Positions 1-7,003 of a stretch of DNA of 12,295 bases are shown piece after piece; positions within the stretch are counted from its first letter, which is position 1, and the number at the start of each line of letters is the position of its first letter. This stretch comes from a virus. Its lineage: Duplodnaviria; Heunggongvirae; Uroviricota; Caudoviricetes. A program made the translations under genes and the position numbers. Under the pieces are notes generated by a model. That model did not search any database and was not told the origin of the DNA. It was given only the letters and a program-made list of their open reading frames with translations. The DNA is taken from IMG/VR virus record IMGVR_UViG_2529292729_000023, one strand, 5' to 3'.

Positions 1-858
1 GGGATCGTCGGCTGGCTTACCACAACACGCACACGGCTGTGTCTTTACCCAGCGTGTGTATTTCTCATTTACCCAGCGGCGACGTTTAGGTCGTTTCATG
101 AAGGATTCCGGAGACTCCGGATCAACGGCAATGCTGACCACCGTCTTTTCCTGTGGTGGGTTCTGTTGCTGGTGGGTGTGAGACGGTAGCGCAATATTTT
201 TTGTGCGCTGCTTCAGTATGCTGGTGGCGGTCTGTTCTCCCGGTATGATGTCGCTTTCACGGTATACGGAGCGGATTTTTTCCGCACGCAACCCCAGCGA
301 ACGACGTAATACCGCTTCCGGTAGCGCGTCCGCCACCTGATTGCGGACCGCCCACCAGGATAATTCAGCCAGAGATAATTCACGCTCCTGTGCGCCATTC
401 ATTGCGTGACGGATGATGTCAATCATCCAGGCGGCCAGATTCTGTTGAGCAAGTTGATCCAGTGAATCAGATGTCTGCTCCCGCAGCTGGTTGTCGCAGT
501 GCCAGCACAACACCATCGCGCCGGTACCGTAACGGTGAATGACGGTTTCGCTGTGATGATAATCACCGTGTAGCCACTGGCAGGATTTCACGTGACGTAA
601 TAACCAGTCAGACAGTGCACCAGCGCCACCCGCAGCACGGATCACCCGCTCATCGCTGAAAAATGGCAGTAGTGATTTATCTTCCGCCAGCGGCTGGTGA
701 ACGGCAGGTACAACCCCGGACGGCAGAGCTCGCATGCTTTTTGGTTCCGGCTCCACCAGTATTCTGCCGTTATGGAATACTGACATTGATTCACGGCCTG
801 GCTTAACGATAACCAGACTGAGTTCCGGTACCAGAACAGGTCGAAGTAATACCCGCAC
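1..858 (-). CDS. Cys-motif prophage protein, DUF968-like; 5' part only, gene continues past the left edge
   Basis: Minus-strand frame is open with no stop from 858 down to position 1 (translated codon by codon). Candidate starts: GTG 858 (GGAGG 4 nt upstream, 1 nt after the upstream gene's stop), ATG 786, ATG 735. Product carries two W-x(n)-C-x2-C blocks (SDWLLRHVKSCQW...CWHCDN and RRWVNEKYTRWVKTQPCACCGKP). Absent from the ORF track because no stop lies inside the window. Confidence 0.5.
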   Translation of the reverse strand, partial: MRVLLRPVLVPELSLVIVKPGRESMSVFHNGRILVEPEPKSMRALPSGVVPAVHQPLAEDKSLLPFFSDERVIRAAGGAGALSDWLLRHVKSCQWLHGDYHHSETVIHRYGTGAMVLCWHCDNQLREQTSDSLDQLAQQNLAAWMIDIIRHAMNGAQERELSLAELSWWAVRNQVADALPEAVLRRSLGLRAEKIRSVYRESDIIPGEQTATSILKQRTKNIALPSHTHQQQNPPQEKTVVSIAVDPESPESFMKRPKRRRWVNEKYTRWVKTQPCACCGKPADDP

Positions 859-859
859 G

Positions 860-1132
860 TTACCTCCAGATGCGTTGCTGATATGTGCGGGACGGACGCG
901 GCGGGCGTTCGGAATAAGGGAGCCTGACGGAAATTATCCAGCGTCGGAAGTCAGGACTGAGGCCTTTCTGAAACTGGTATCCACGTCTGCGGTAATTCTG
1001 AATCAGCCACTCGGCCTGTTCTTCAGTGCATTGGTCATGCTGGTACCAGTCATATTTGAATGCGTGAGAGCGCCGTCCGTGTCTGCTGGCAGGGTCGGCA
1101 TCAGAATTGTGGTGTTTGGTATTGTGCGCCAT
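860..1132 (-). CDS. hypothetical basic protein, 90 aa
   Basis: Track ORF 860..1213 (-) trimmed to the first ATG (1132) lying outside the terminator U-tract. Weak Shine-Dalgarno. Product MAHNTKHHNSDADPASRHG...; no family recognised. Confidence 0.35.
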   Translation of the reverse strand: MAHNTKHHNSDADPASRHGRRSHAFKYDWYQHDQCTEEQAEWLIQNYRRRGYQFQKGLSPDFRRWIISVRLPYSERPPRPSRTYQQRIWR

Positions 1133-1200
1133 CGGTTGTCTCTGCTGGCGCAGCAGGTGCCAGTTGTTCAGGCTGGCGTGTGGATTGTAAACCAGAATGC

Positions 1201-1230
1201 CAGGAAAAAACAAAACCCGCGAAGCGGGTT
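1201..1230 (-). terminator. rho-independent terminator ending the leftward R-M transcription unit
   Basis: On the minus strand: stem AACCCGC / GCGGGTT (plus 1214-1230), 3-nt loop, then TTTTGTTTTTTCC. It sits about 75 nt downstream of the endonuclease stop (1303). The plus-strand version has no U-tract. Confidence 0.55.
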
Positions 1231-1302
1231 AGTAAAAATGTACTGAAGTCAATGACGTGCCATCACAGTTAAAATATGACAGACTCTATTTACGTAGAGA
1301 TG

Positions 1303-1504
1303 TCAGACTGCAAGATCCAAGGGAAGATCAGAAATATCCTTTAATCTTTTACCATTAACCATCACGGAAAGCATGTCAGCTGCATCGCTGAGCCCCAGTA
1401 TTTCAACTGCTGATATAAGTTCATAAAGCGCAAAATGATACACGCAATCTATATCACCAGTACCAAGAGCAATAGACGCCAGACGACTTGGAGTAGGCTC
1501 AGCA
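1303..1504 (-). pseudogene. restriction endonuclease gene, C-terminal fragment (67 codons) separated from its 5' part by IS10
   Basis: Minus-strand frame reads ...AEPTPSRLASIALGTGDID...LPLDLAV-stop immediately outside the IS10 outside end. It is in frame with the N-terminal fragment once IS10 and one copy of the 9-bp duplication are removed. Confidence 0.8.
1496..1504. repeat. 9-bp target-site duplication GGCTCAGCA (left copy)
   Basis: Identical 9-mer directly abuts both IS10 ends (1496-1504 and 2834-2842). It matches the IS10 target preference NGCTNAGCN. Confidence 0.9.
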
Positions 1505-1550
1505 CTGATGAATCCCCTAATGATTTTGGTAAAAATCATTAAGTTAAGGT

Positions 1551-1619
1551 GGATACACATCTTGTCATATGATCAAATGGTTTCGCGAAAAATCAATAAT
1601 CAGACAACAAGATGTGCGA
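1551..1619 (-). ncRNA. IS10 RNA-OUT antisense RNA (pOUT transcript), approximate coordinates
   Basis: Placed from established IS10 biology: about 69 nt, transcribed outward from element bp ~115, overlapping the transposase start (ATG at 1612). Coordinates are mapped from memory of the element, not seen as a distinct signal. Confidence 0.45.
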
Positions 1620-2820
1620 ACTCGATATTTTACACGACTCTCTTTACCAATTCTGCCCCGAATTACACTTAAAACGACTCAACAGCTTAACGTTGGCTTG
1701 CCACGCATTACTTGACTGTAAAACTCTCACTCTTACCGAACTTGGCCGTAACCTGCCAACCAAAGCGAGAACAAAACATAACATCAAACGAATCGACCGA
1801 TTGTTAGGTAATCGTCACCTCCACAAAGAGCGACTCGCTGTATACCGTTGGCATGCTAGCTTTATCTGTTCGGGCAATACGATGCCCATTGTACTTGTTG
1901 ACTGGTCTGATATTCGTGAGCAAAAACGACTTATGGTATTGCGAGCTTCAGTCGCACTACACGGTCGTTCTGTTACTCTTTATGAGAAAGCGTTCCCGCT
2001 TTCAGAGCAATGTTCAAAGAAAGCTCATGACCAATTTCTAGCCGACCTTGCGAGCATTCTACCGAGTAACACCACACCGCTCATTGTCAGTGATGCTGGC
2101 TTTAAAGTGCCATGGTATAAATCCGTTGAGAAGCTGGGTTGGTACTGGTTAAGTCGAGTAAGAGGAAAAGTACAATATGCAGACCTAGGAGCGGAAAACT
2201 GGAAACCTATCAGCAACTTACATGATATGTCATCTAGTCACTCAAAGACTTTAGGCTATAAGAGGCTGACTAAAAGCAATCCAATCTCATGCCAAATTCT
2301 ATTGTATAAATCTCGCTCTAAAGGCCGAAAAAATCAGCGCTCGACACGGACTCATTGTCACCACCCGTCACCTAAAATCTACTCAGCGTCGGCAAAGGAG
2401 CCATGGGTTCTAGCAACTAACTTACCTGTTGAAATTCGAACACCCAAACAACTTGTTAATATCTATTCGAAGCGAATGCAGATTGAAGAAACCTTCCGAG
2501 ACTTGAAAAGTCCTGCCTACGGACTAGGCCTACGCCATAGCCGAACGAGCAGCTCAGAGCGTTTTGATATCATGCTGCTAATCGCCCTGATGCTTCAACT
2601 AACATGTTGGCTTGCGGGCGTTCATGCTCAGAAACAAGGTTGGGACAAGCACTTCCAGGCTAACACAGTCAGAAATCGAAACGTACTCTCAACAGTTCGC
2701 TTAGGCATGGAAGTTTTGCGGCATTCTGGCTACACAATAACAAGGGAAGACTTACTCGTGGCTGCAACCCTACTAGCTCAAAATTTATTCACACATGGTT
2801 ACGCTTTGGGGAAATTATGA
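1612..2820 (+). CDS. tnpA: IS10 transposase (402 aa)
   Basis: Track ORF 1612..2820; product MCELDILHDSLYQFCPELHLKRLNSLTLACHALLDCKTLTLTELGRNLP... matches the IS10-Right transposase as I recall it, full length. Confidence 0.95.
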   Translation: MCELDILHDSLYQFCPELHLKRLNSLTLACHALLDCKTLTLTELGRNLPTKARTKHNIKRIDRLLGNRHLHKERLAVYRWHASFICSGNTMPIVLVDWSDIREQKRLMVLRASVALHGRSVTLYEKAFPLSEQCSKKAHDQFLADLASILPSNTTPLIVSDAGFKVPWYKSVEKLGWYWLSRVRGKVQYADLGAENWKPISNLHDMSSSHSKTLGYKRLTKSNPISCQILLYKSRSKGRKNQRSTRTHCHHPSPKIYSASAKEPWVLATNLPVEIRTPKQLVNIYSKRMQIEETFRDLKSPAYGLGLRHSRTSSSERFDIMLLIALMLQLTCWLAGVHAQKQGWDKHFQANTVRNRNVLSTVRLGMEVLRHSGYTITREDLLVAATLLAQNLFTHGYALGKL

Positions 2821-2833
2821 GGGGATCTCTCAG

Positions 2834-2842
2834 GGCTCAGCA
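2834..2842. repeat. 9-bp target-site duplication GGCTCAGCA (right copy)
   Basis: Second copy of the 9-mer, directly after the IS10 inside end. Confidence 0.9.
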
Positions 2843-3519
2843 GTAACAACCATTACATGAGGGAGATTTCCCTTACGGTTGCGAATAAGATTTAATGCCT
2901 CAGAACGAGCATTCTGGGCCCGGTCGCTTCTTATTGTCCATTTGCAGGAAATACTTGCGTGTAATATTGGTTTCCCACCATTCGAACTCCTGAGAGCTGA
3001 CATGCGGGTAACAGAATCATCCACCAGTAATTCAGGACTGTTGATAACTTGATCACATTCAGGTTCTCTTTCAACAATAATATCTGGTGAAATCGTATAA
3101 TCACTCCCCAGTGCAGCAGCTAGCTGAGGATTACTTTTTGCAGCACTATCCAATGCTATAAGATGGGCATATTGTTCATATTTAGCTATCTCTAATCTGT
3201 TTCTACCAGAAACCTGATGTACATTCCATTTTCCAGGGCGTAAGTGGCTGAGTTTAAAAAAGGTTTTTTCTATAAACTCTGCGCAGATACTCTCAAACTG
3301 ATTACCAGATGTTTGCCCTGCAACACGTTCACCAATCGTTTCAGCCTGCAAGAAGCGAGCAATTTCTCTTGCTATAGCTTTACTGTTTTTGTTACTGCTA
3401 TCTGCGTTACTAACAACTCCGGCAGTATTAATTGTGAGCGTATTCAGTAACAATTGGGCATGAAACTCCTTTCTGGCTTCAGCAAAACCAACTATGCTGT
3501 CAACCAAATCTCCATTCAT
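2834..3519 (-). pseudogene. Type II restriction endonuclease gene, N-terminal fragment (229 codons), truncated by IS10; PD...SxK...E active-site pattern
   Basis: Track ORF 2830..3654 trimmed to ATG 3519 (AAGGAAA 7 nt upstream, 13 nt after the methyltransferase stop). Frame runs ...HVMVVTAEP then hits a stop one codon inside IS10. Contains SPD (D146), SCK (S191/K193) and E207. Reconstructed intact gene would be 292 codons. Confidence 0.8.
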
Positions 3520-3532
3520 TTCTGGATTTCCT

Positions 3533-4657
3533 TCAGGCTGCTTGACTATTCTTACTGATGTTATTCTTATACCGTCCCTGCAAAACTCCATACACATATT
3601 GTGCGATTTTTGCCGCAAATAGCGGTGGAACAGCATTCCCGATCTGCTTTGCAATCTCAGTTTTTGAACCGGTAAAAATGAAATTATCAGGAAAAGACAT
3701 TAATCTCGCTGCCTCACGATGAGTTATTGGCCGATCCTCTTCCGGATGTAAATATCGCCCTTTCTCCGGTTTGAAAAACTCAGTACGAATCGTTACTGAA
3801 GGTCTGTCCCACCACAGACGTCCAAACAAATCGGTCCCTCCAGATTTCTTTTTTAGCCAGCACGCCGGGGTTATATCAGGTCTTTTTTTCTGTAAATCGA
3901 AACGGTTACCTCCTGGTGGAACCGCTTTATATCGCTCCAGAGAAACAGGTGTGGGATTACGCCCAAAATGTAAGTTCAGCGGAGGAAGTTCATTACGAAT
4001 ATCAGTTCCAACAGGAGCAGGTAAGTCACCAATTGCATCACGCGTACAGACCCATTCAGGCAAAGCGACATCCTTATCAGGGGAACGATGCGTTGGTGCT
4101 GGCGGGAACGCCGGAATACTATGCACATCGAAGAGTTCTCGTTTGATACCGATTGCTATCGTTCGTTTTCTTGTCTGAGGTACTCCATAGTCAGCAGTAT
4201 TCAACACCATTGGATTAAGCAGAATAAAGCCCATGGATTTCGCTCTAAACGTAATGTCCGCAAACTCATCGCTTATCAGCAATCCGGGGACATTTTCCAT
4301 GACGAACATACAAGCCCTTGAACGCTCAATGACATCCATATAAGGCTCCCACAATGCTCTTCGGTGATCACCATAACGATTCTTATTCAATAAACTGAAT
4401 CCCTGACACGGGGGGCCACCTATGACCACATCAGCCTCAGGAACAGTATTGCTGGATGCCCACTCCTCAATATTTGCCTGAACTCCATGCAAACCAAAAT
4501 TGGCATTGTAGGTATTTATAGCTGCAGCATTATTATCAATAGCAAGGATACTTTCAAAGTAGTCAGACATCTCTCCATGAAGAAAACCATAAGATAATCC
4601 ACCTGCCCCACAAAAGAGGTCTATCACTCTGAATTTATTTAATTCTTTCATCCGCAT
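3533..4657 (-). CDS. DNA (cytosine-5)-methyltransferase, intact (374 aa)
   Basis: Conserved C5-MTase motifs all present: FCGAGG (I), GGPPCQGFS (IV, catalytic Cys), ENV (VI), QTRKR (VIII), GNAVPP (X). GAGG sits 7 nt upstream of ATG 4657. Confidence 0.9.
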   Translation of the reverse strand: MRMKELNKFRVIDLFCGAGGLSYGFLHGEMSDYFESILAIDNNAAAINTYNANFGLHGVQANIEEWASSNTVPEADVVIGGPPCQGFSLLNKNRYGDHRRALWEPYMDVIERSRACMFVMENVPGLLISDEFADITFRAKSMGFILLNPMVLNTADYGVPQTRKRTIAIGIKRELFDVHSIPAFPPAPTHRSPDKDVALPEWVCTRDAIGDLPAPVGTDIRNELPPLNLHFGRNPTPVSLERYKAVPPGGNRFDLQKKRPDITPACWLKKKSGGTDLFGRLWWDRPSVTIRTEFFKPEKGRYLHPEEDRPITHREAARLMSFPDNFIFTGSKTEIAKQIGNAVPPLFAAKIAQYVYGVLQGRYKNNISKNSQAA

Positions 4658-4815
4658 CCATATGCCTCAGATTAATGTTGAGCGTCTTGCAGGACGCGTA
4701 ATGTTAACTGGGGCTTTTCTCTATCTGCCTTTTGGTGTTCATGCCTGAGACAGATAGCCTCAAGCACCCGCAGCAATTCTACTTAACTCTCCTTTTCCCG
4801 CAAACCGTTTTTACC

Positions 4816-4837
4816 CGATATGGGAATTCCCATATCG
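4816..4837. repeat. perfect 22-bp palindrome CGATATGGGAATTCCCATATCG
   Basis: Read directly: left half CGATATGGGAA, right half is its exact reverse complement. Lies between the 34-aa peptide gene and the methyltransferase gene; no U-tract on either strand. Confidence 0.7.
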
Positions 4838-4845
4838 TAATGAAT

Positions 4846-4950
4846 TCAGTTCCCTAGTCGATCCATCAAAAACACAACCAGGCAGTAAACGCCCACAACA
4901 GCAACAACAGCCAGCGCACCTTCCATTGCCAGTGATATATCATCCGACAT
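4846..4950 (-). CDS. small hydrophobic single-pass membrane peptide (34 aa)
   Basis: ATG 4950 preceded by AAGGAGGG; product MSDDISLAMEGALAVVAVVGVYCLVVFLMDRLGN. Below the ORF-track size cutoff. Confidence 0.4.
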   Translation of the reverse strand: MSDDISLAMEGALAVVAVVGVYCLVVFLMDRLGN

Positions 4951-4991
4951 ATTCCCTCCTTTGGTGTTAATCCCGGCGAACGTTTTTACCC

Positions 4992-5069
4992 TCACCGACA
5001 AATAACATATACTAAAAAAGCGATAGCCATAGCAACGCCTGTAATTGCAAATGCTTCAGGCCAGTTCAT
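4992..5069 (-). CDS. small hydrophobic membrane peptide (25 aa), likely translationally coupled to the DUF551 gene
   Basis: ATG 5069 overlaps the DUF551 stop as ATGA; AGGAGGT lies 6 nt upstream; product MNWPEAFAITGVAMAIAFLVYVICR. Shares a GV...VY.. core with the 34-aa peptide. Confidence 0.4.
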   Translation of the reverse strand: MNWPEAFAITGVAMAIAFLVYVICR

Positions 5070-5701
5070 TGGCGCACCTCCTGCGGCGGTTCCGGTAGTG
5101 GCATCCAGTGAGTTGCCTGCTCAATGCCATTACCCGGCTTAATCGTTGCTTGTCCTCGCCGAAAGGTACTTCCGGTATTGCGTGCGGAGCATATTAGTGG
5201 CTCAACCAGATCACTATCGAAATTCACCGAAATAAGTACGTTCTGATTCTTTTTCGGCATTCGCTCACTACAGCTTATCCAACCATCCGGAATTACCGGA
5301 GAGTTGCCATTTACATCGAAGTTTGGTTCTGCGTCCTGAACTAGGAGGATGTAACCATTCTTGGCTGTATCAAGTTCTAACGCCTCGGTTACGGTACCGA
5401 AATAGCGATTACCTAAATCCGCATCACAAGTGCTTACATCAATGGAAACCTCCATGCCTTCGATTAATTCTGGCAAGTTGTAAGTTTGGCTTACAGGCTC
5501 TGCTTCCAGTGATGCCAGTGCAATTCGTGCCAGCTCACGCACAACTTCAGGGGGCGCGTAACGGTCATTCAGGTCATCCCACAGGCGTAGCATGTTATCG
5601 CTACCAGGGTGAACATCCTCGTTAGTTCCGGCAAGCGCACTAATAACCTCATCGGCTGCTTCAATAATTTTCTGTGCCTGTTCTCTGGTAATAGTGGTCA
5701 T
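5066..5701 (-). CDS. DUF551-domain prophage protein (211 aa)
   Basis: Track ORF; C-terminal DGWISCSERMP...ATHWMPLPEPP is the pattern I associate with DUF551. AAGGA 7 nt upstream of ATG 5701, which overlaps the upstream stop as ATGA. Confidence 0.75.
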   Translation of the reverse strand: MTTITREQAQKIIEAADEVISALAGTNEDVHPGSDNMLRLWDDLNDRYAPPEVVRELARIALASLEAEPVSQTYNLPELIEGMEVSIDVSTCDADLGNRYFGTVTEALELDTAKNGYILLVQDAEPNFDVNGNSPVIPDGWISCSERMPKKNQNVLISVNFDSDLVEPLICSARNTGSTFRRGQATIKPGNGIEQATHWMPLPEPPQEVRQ

Positions 5702-5907
5702 TTGTTAATCCTTAAAACTTTATGCCCTGGCGCAAAAGCACGTGTTTTGTCTTTGCTTATTCGCCAGCCATCCTTACGTGCCTCTTTTGCACAGCCAGCC
5801 CATGACGTACCGATATATTCACCGAAGTCTGGTACTGGATATACACCTTCCGTACACTGGCGGCAGTCACAATAGAGATGCATGGTGTAACTTGCGGCAA
5901 TAGCCAT
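5698..5907 (-). CDS. small Cys-rich hypothetical protein (69 aa)
   Basis: Track ORF 5698..5979 trimmed to ATG 5907 (AAGGAGAG 6 nt upstream). Product MAIAASYTMHLYCDCRQCTEGVYP... with a CxC-x2-C cluster. Confidence 0.55.
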   Translation of the reverse strand: MAIAASYTMHLYCDCRQCTEGVYPVPDFGEYIGTSWAGCAKEARKDGWRISKDKTRAFAPGHKVLRINK

Positions 5908-5908
5908 A

Positions 5909-6271
5909 TCACTCTCCTTTAGTACGCAAGTGGTTTTTCCAGCGGTTTTGCGCCGCGCTGGGCTTTTTGCAAAAACCACAATCCATCATCCCGTAATGTT
6001 TCATTAACCCCATCCGTCGGTTGCTGAGTCTCACCCACTGCCAGACGCCAGGACCGTTTCTGCGAACTAATAGGATTTTTGCTTTACGGTTTTTCATCGC
6101 TTTGCTCTCCTGCGTTTCTTTGCTGCACGTCTCGCCGCCGCAATACCGGTACGACGTTTCGATACCGGAATGATGCTGCCAGCCATCAGGACATGCGGCA
6201 TAACTGTTAAGGCTGCCCCATGAAACCAGACCAGATAAGGCGATATCAGCATTACTCACTCCAGCAACCAT
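5909..6271 (-). CDS. hypothetical protein (120 aa) with CGGETC and CGFC Cys pairs; start uncertain, may be two smaller genes
   Basis: Frame open over 363 nt, but ATG 6271 has no Shine-Dalgarno. Internal ATG 6097 has AGGAGA upstream and would give a 62-aa product. Another frame gives a 52-aa ORF (6252 to 6094) with GGAG upstream and an ATGA junction at 6097. Confidence 0.4.
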   Translation of the reverse strand: MVAGVSNADIALSGLVSWGSLNSYAACPDGWQHHSGIETSYRYCGGETCSKETQESKAMKNRKAKILLVRRNGPGVWQWVRLSNRRMGLMKHYGMMDCGFCKKPSAAQNRWKNHLRTKGE

Positions 6272-6326
6272 TCTTTGGTTAATTCAGTCATTTTTCATTA
6301 CCGCCCTTTCGGGCGGCCTCCTGACA

Positions 6327-6539
6327 TTAATCGTTGTGATAACTCATAGCTTCATTTGCAGCATCAACTGGATCAACCTCCCTCCAGCAATAATTTGGGT
6401 CGGCTCCTTCAGGCGTCCACGGTTCTAATTCATTTTTTGCCGCATTCTCATCGCCAGTAATTTTAAAAATCTGCTCAGAGAATTTTCTTGCCCACTCGTT
6501 ATATTTTTCCGCATTAATGGCTTTCTGTGTATTTAACAT
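6327..6539 (-). CDS. hypothetical protein (70 aa)
   Basis: Track ORF; GGAGG 7 nt upstream of ATG 6539; acidic product MLNTQKAINAEKYNEWARKF... Confidence 0.6.
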   Translation of the reverse strand: MLNTQKAINAEKYNEWARKFSEQIFKITGDENAAKNELEPWTPEGADPNYCWREVDPVDAANEAMSYHND

Positions 6540-6589
6540 AAATATACCTCCAGTTAAGGATTAGATTTTATTTACAGCGCTAAATTTAT

Positions 6590-6946
6590 TTATTCAGTTC
6601 TGGATTTTGTCACCCTGCGTATCCGCGCTTTCGCGTTACGCTCAATCTGAATTAACTTTTCTATATTTTTCCGCCTTTCCTGTTCCTCCAGGCGCAATAG
6701 TTTTACATCATCTGCCAGCCTGGTTTCTCTTTTCGCAACAGAGAGCATCCAGTCAAATGGCTCCACAACTGCACCGCAGATTTTACAGCGGACCTGACGC
6801 TCTTTTTCGTCAACCCGGACAGAGGCGTGATGACAATATGGCCTTTCCGATGGCTCATAAAGAAAATTAACCTGATTACGTGGGTCATCCTCTTTTACCG
6901 GAAATAAAACAATATTACTTAACTCATCTTCTGGTTTTATTTCCAT
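6590..6946 (-). CDS. hypothetical protein (118 aa), putative zinc-ribbon plus charged coiled-coil tail
   Basis: Track ORF 6590..7003 trimmed to ATG 6946 (AAGGAGAGG upstream). Contains YCHH...RCKICGAV, then a Lys/Arg/Glu-rich C-terminus. Confidence 0.6.
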   Translation of the reverse strand: MEIKPEDELSNIVLFPVKEDDPRNQVNFLYEPSERPYCHHASVRVDEKERQVRCKICGAVVEPFDWMLSVAKRETRLADDVKLLRLEEQERRKNIEKLIQIERNAKARIRRVTKSRTE

Positions 6947-7003
6947 GCACCTCTCCTTTGATGCGAATGCCAGCGGCAATTGAAGCCTGATAGCTAATTT
7001 CAC

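Larger units (their letters stand above)
1505..2833 (+). mobile_element. IS10 (IS4 family), complete 1,329-bp copy; outside end at 1505, inside end at 2833
   Basis: Outside end CTGATGAATCCCCTAATGATTTT at 1505. Inside end GGGGATCTCTCAG ending at 2833. Transposase ATG at element bp 108. Dam GATC sites at 1571-1574 (pIN -10 region) and 2824-2827 (inside end). Solitary element; no tetracycline-resistance genes adjacent. Confidence 0.95.

Noticed and set aside
213-398. Minus-strand 61-aa ORF
   Set aside because: It lies in an alternative frame inside the long open minus-strand frame, with no ribosome binding site.
1201-1230. Hairpin as a bidirectional terminator
   Set aside because: Only the minus-strand transcript has a U-rich tail; the plus-strand version is followed by AGTAAAAATG.
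734-1246. Plus-strand 170-aa ORF
   Set aside because: It is antisense to the open minus-strand frame (1..858) and the 860..1132 gene, has low-complexity Arg/Gly/Ser-rich content, and crosses the terminator hairpin. Treated as a shadow ORF.
1853-2216. ORFs 1853..2041 (+) and 2025..2216 (-) inside IS10
   Set aside because: Both are internal to the well-established transposase gene, in other frames or antisense.
1505-2833. IS10 as one arm of a composite Tn10
   Set aside because: Only one IS10 copy is present. The inside end abuts the duplicated target sequence, not tetracycline-resistance genes.
3244-4321. Plus-strand ORFs 3244..3450, 3771..4178, 3916..4146, 4088..4321
   Set aside because: All are antisense to the endonuclease or methyltransferase coding sequences, whose products carry unambiguous conserved motifs.
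5323-5875. Plus-strand ORFs 5323..5625 and 5609..5875
   Set aside because: They are antisense to the DUF551 and 69-aa genes in a region where every supported gene is on the minus strand; no start signals.
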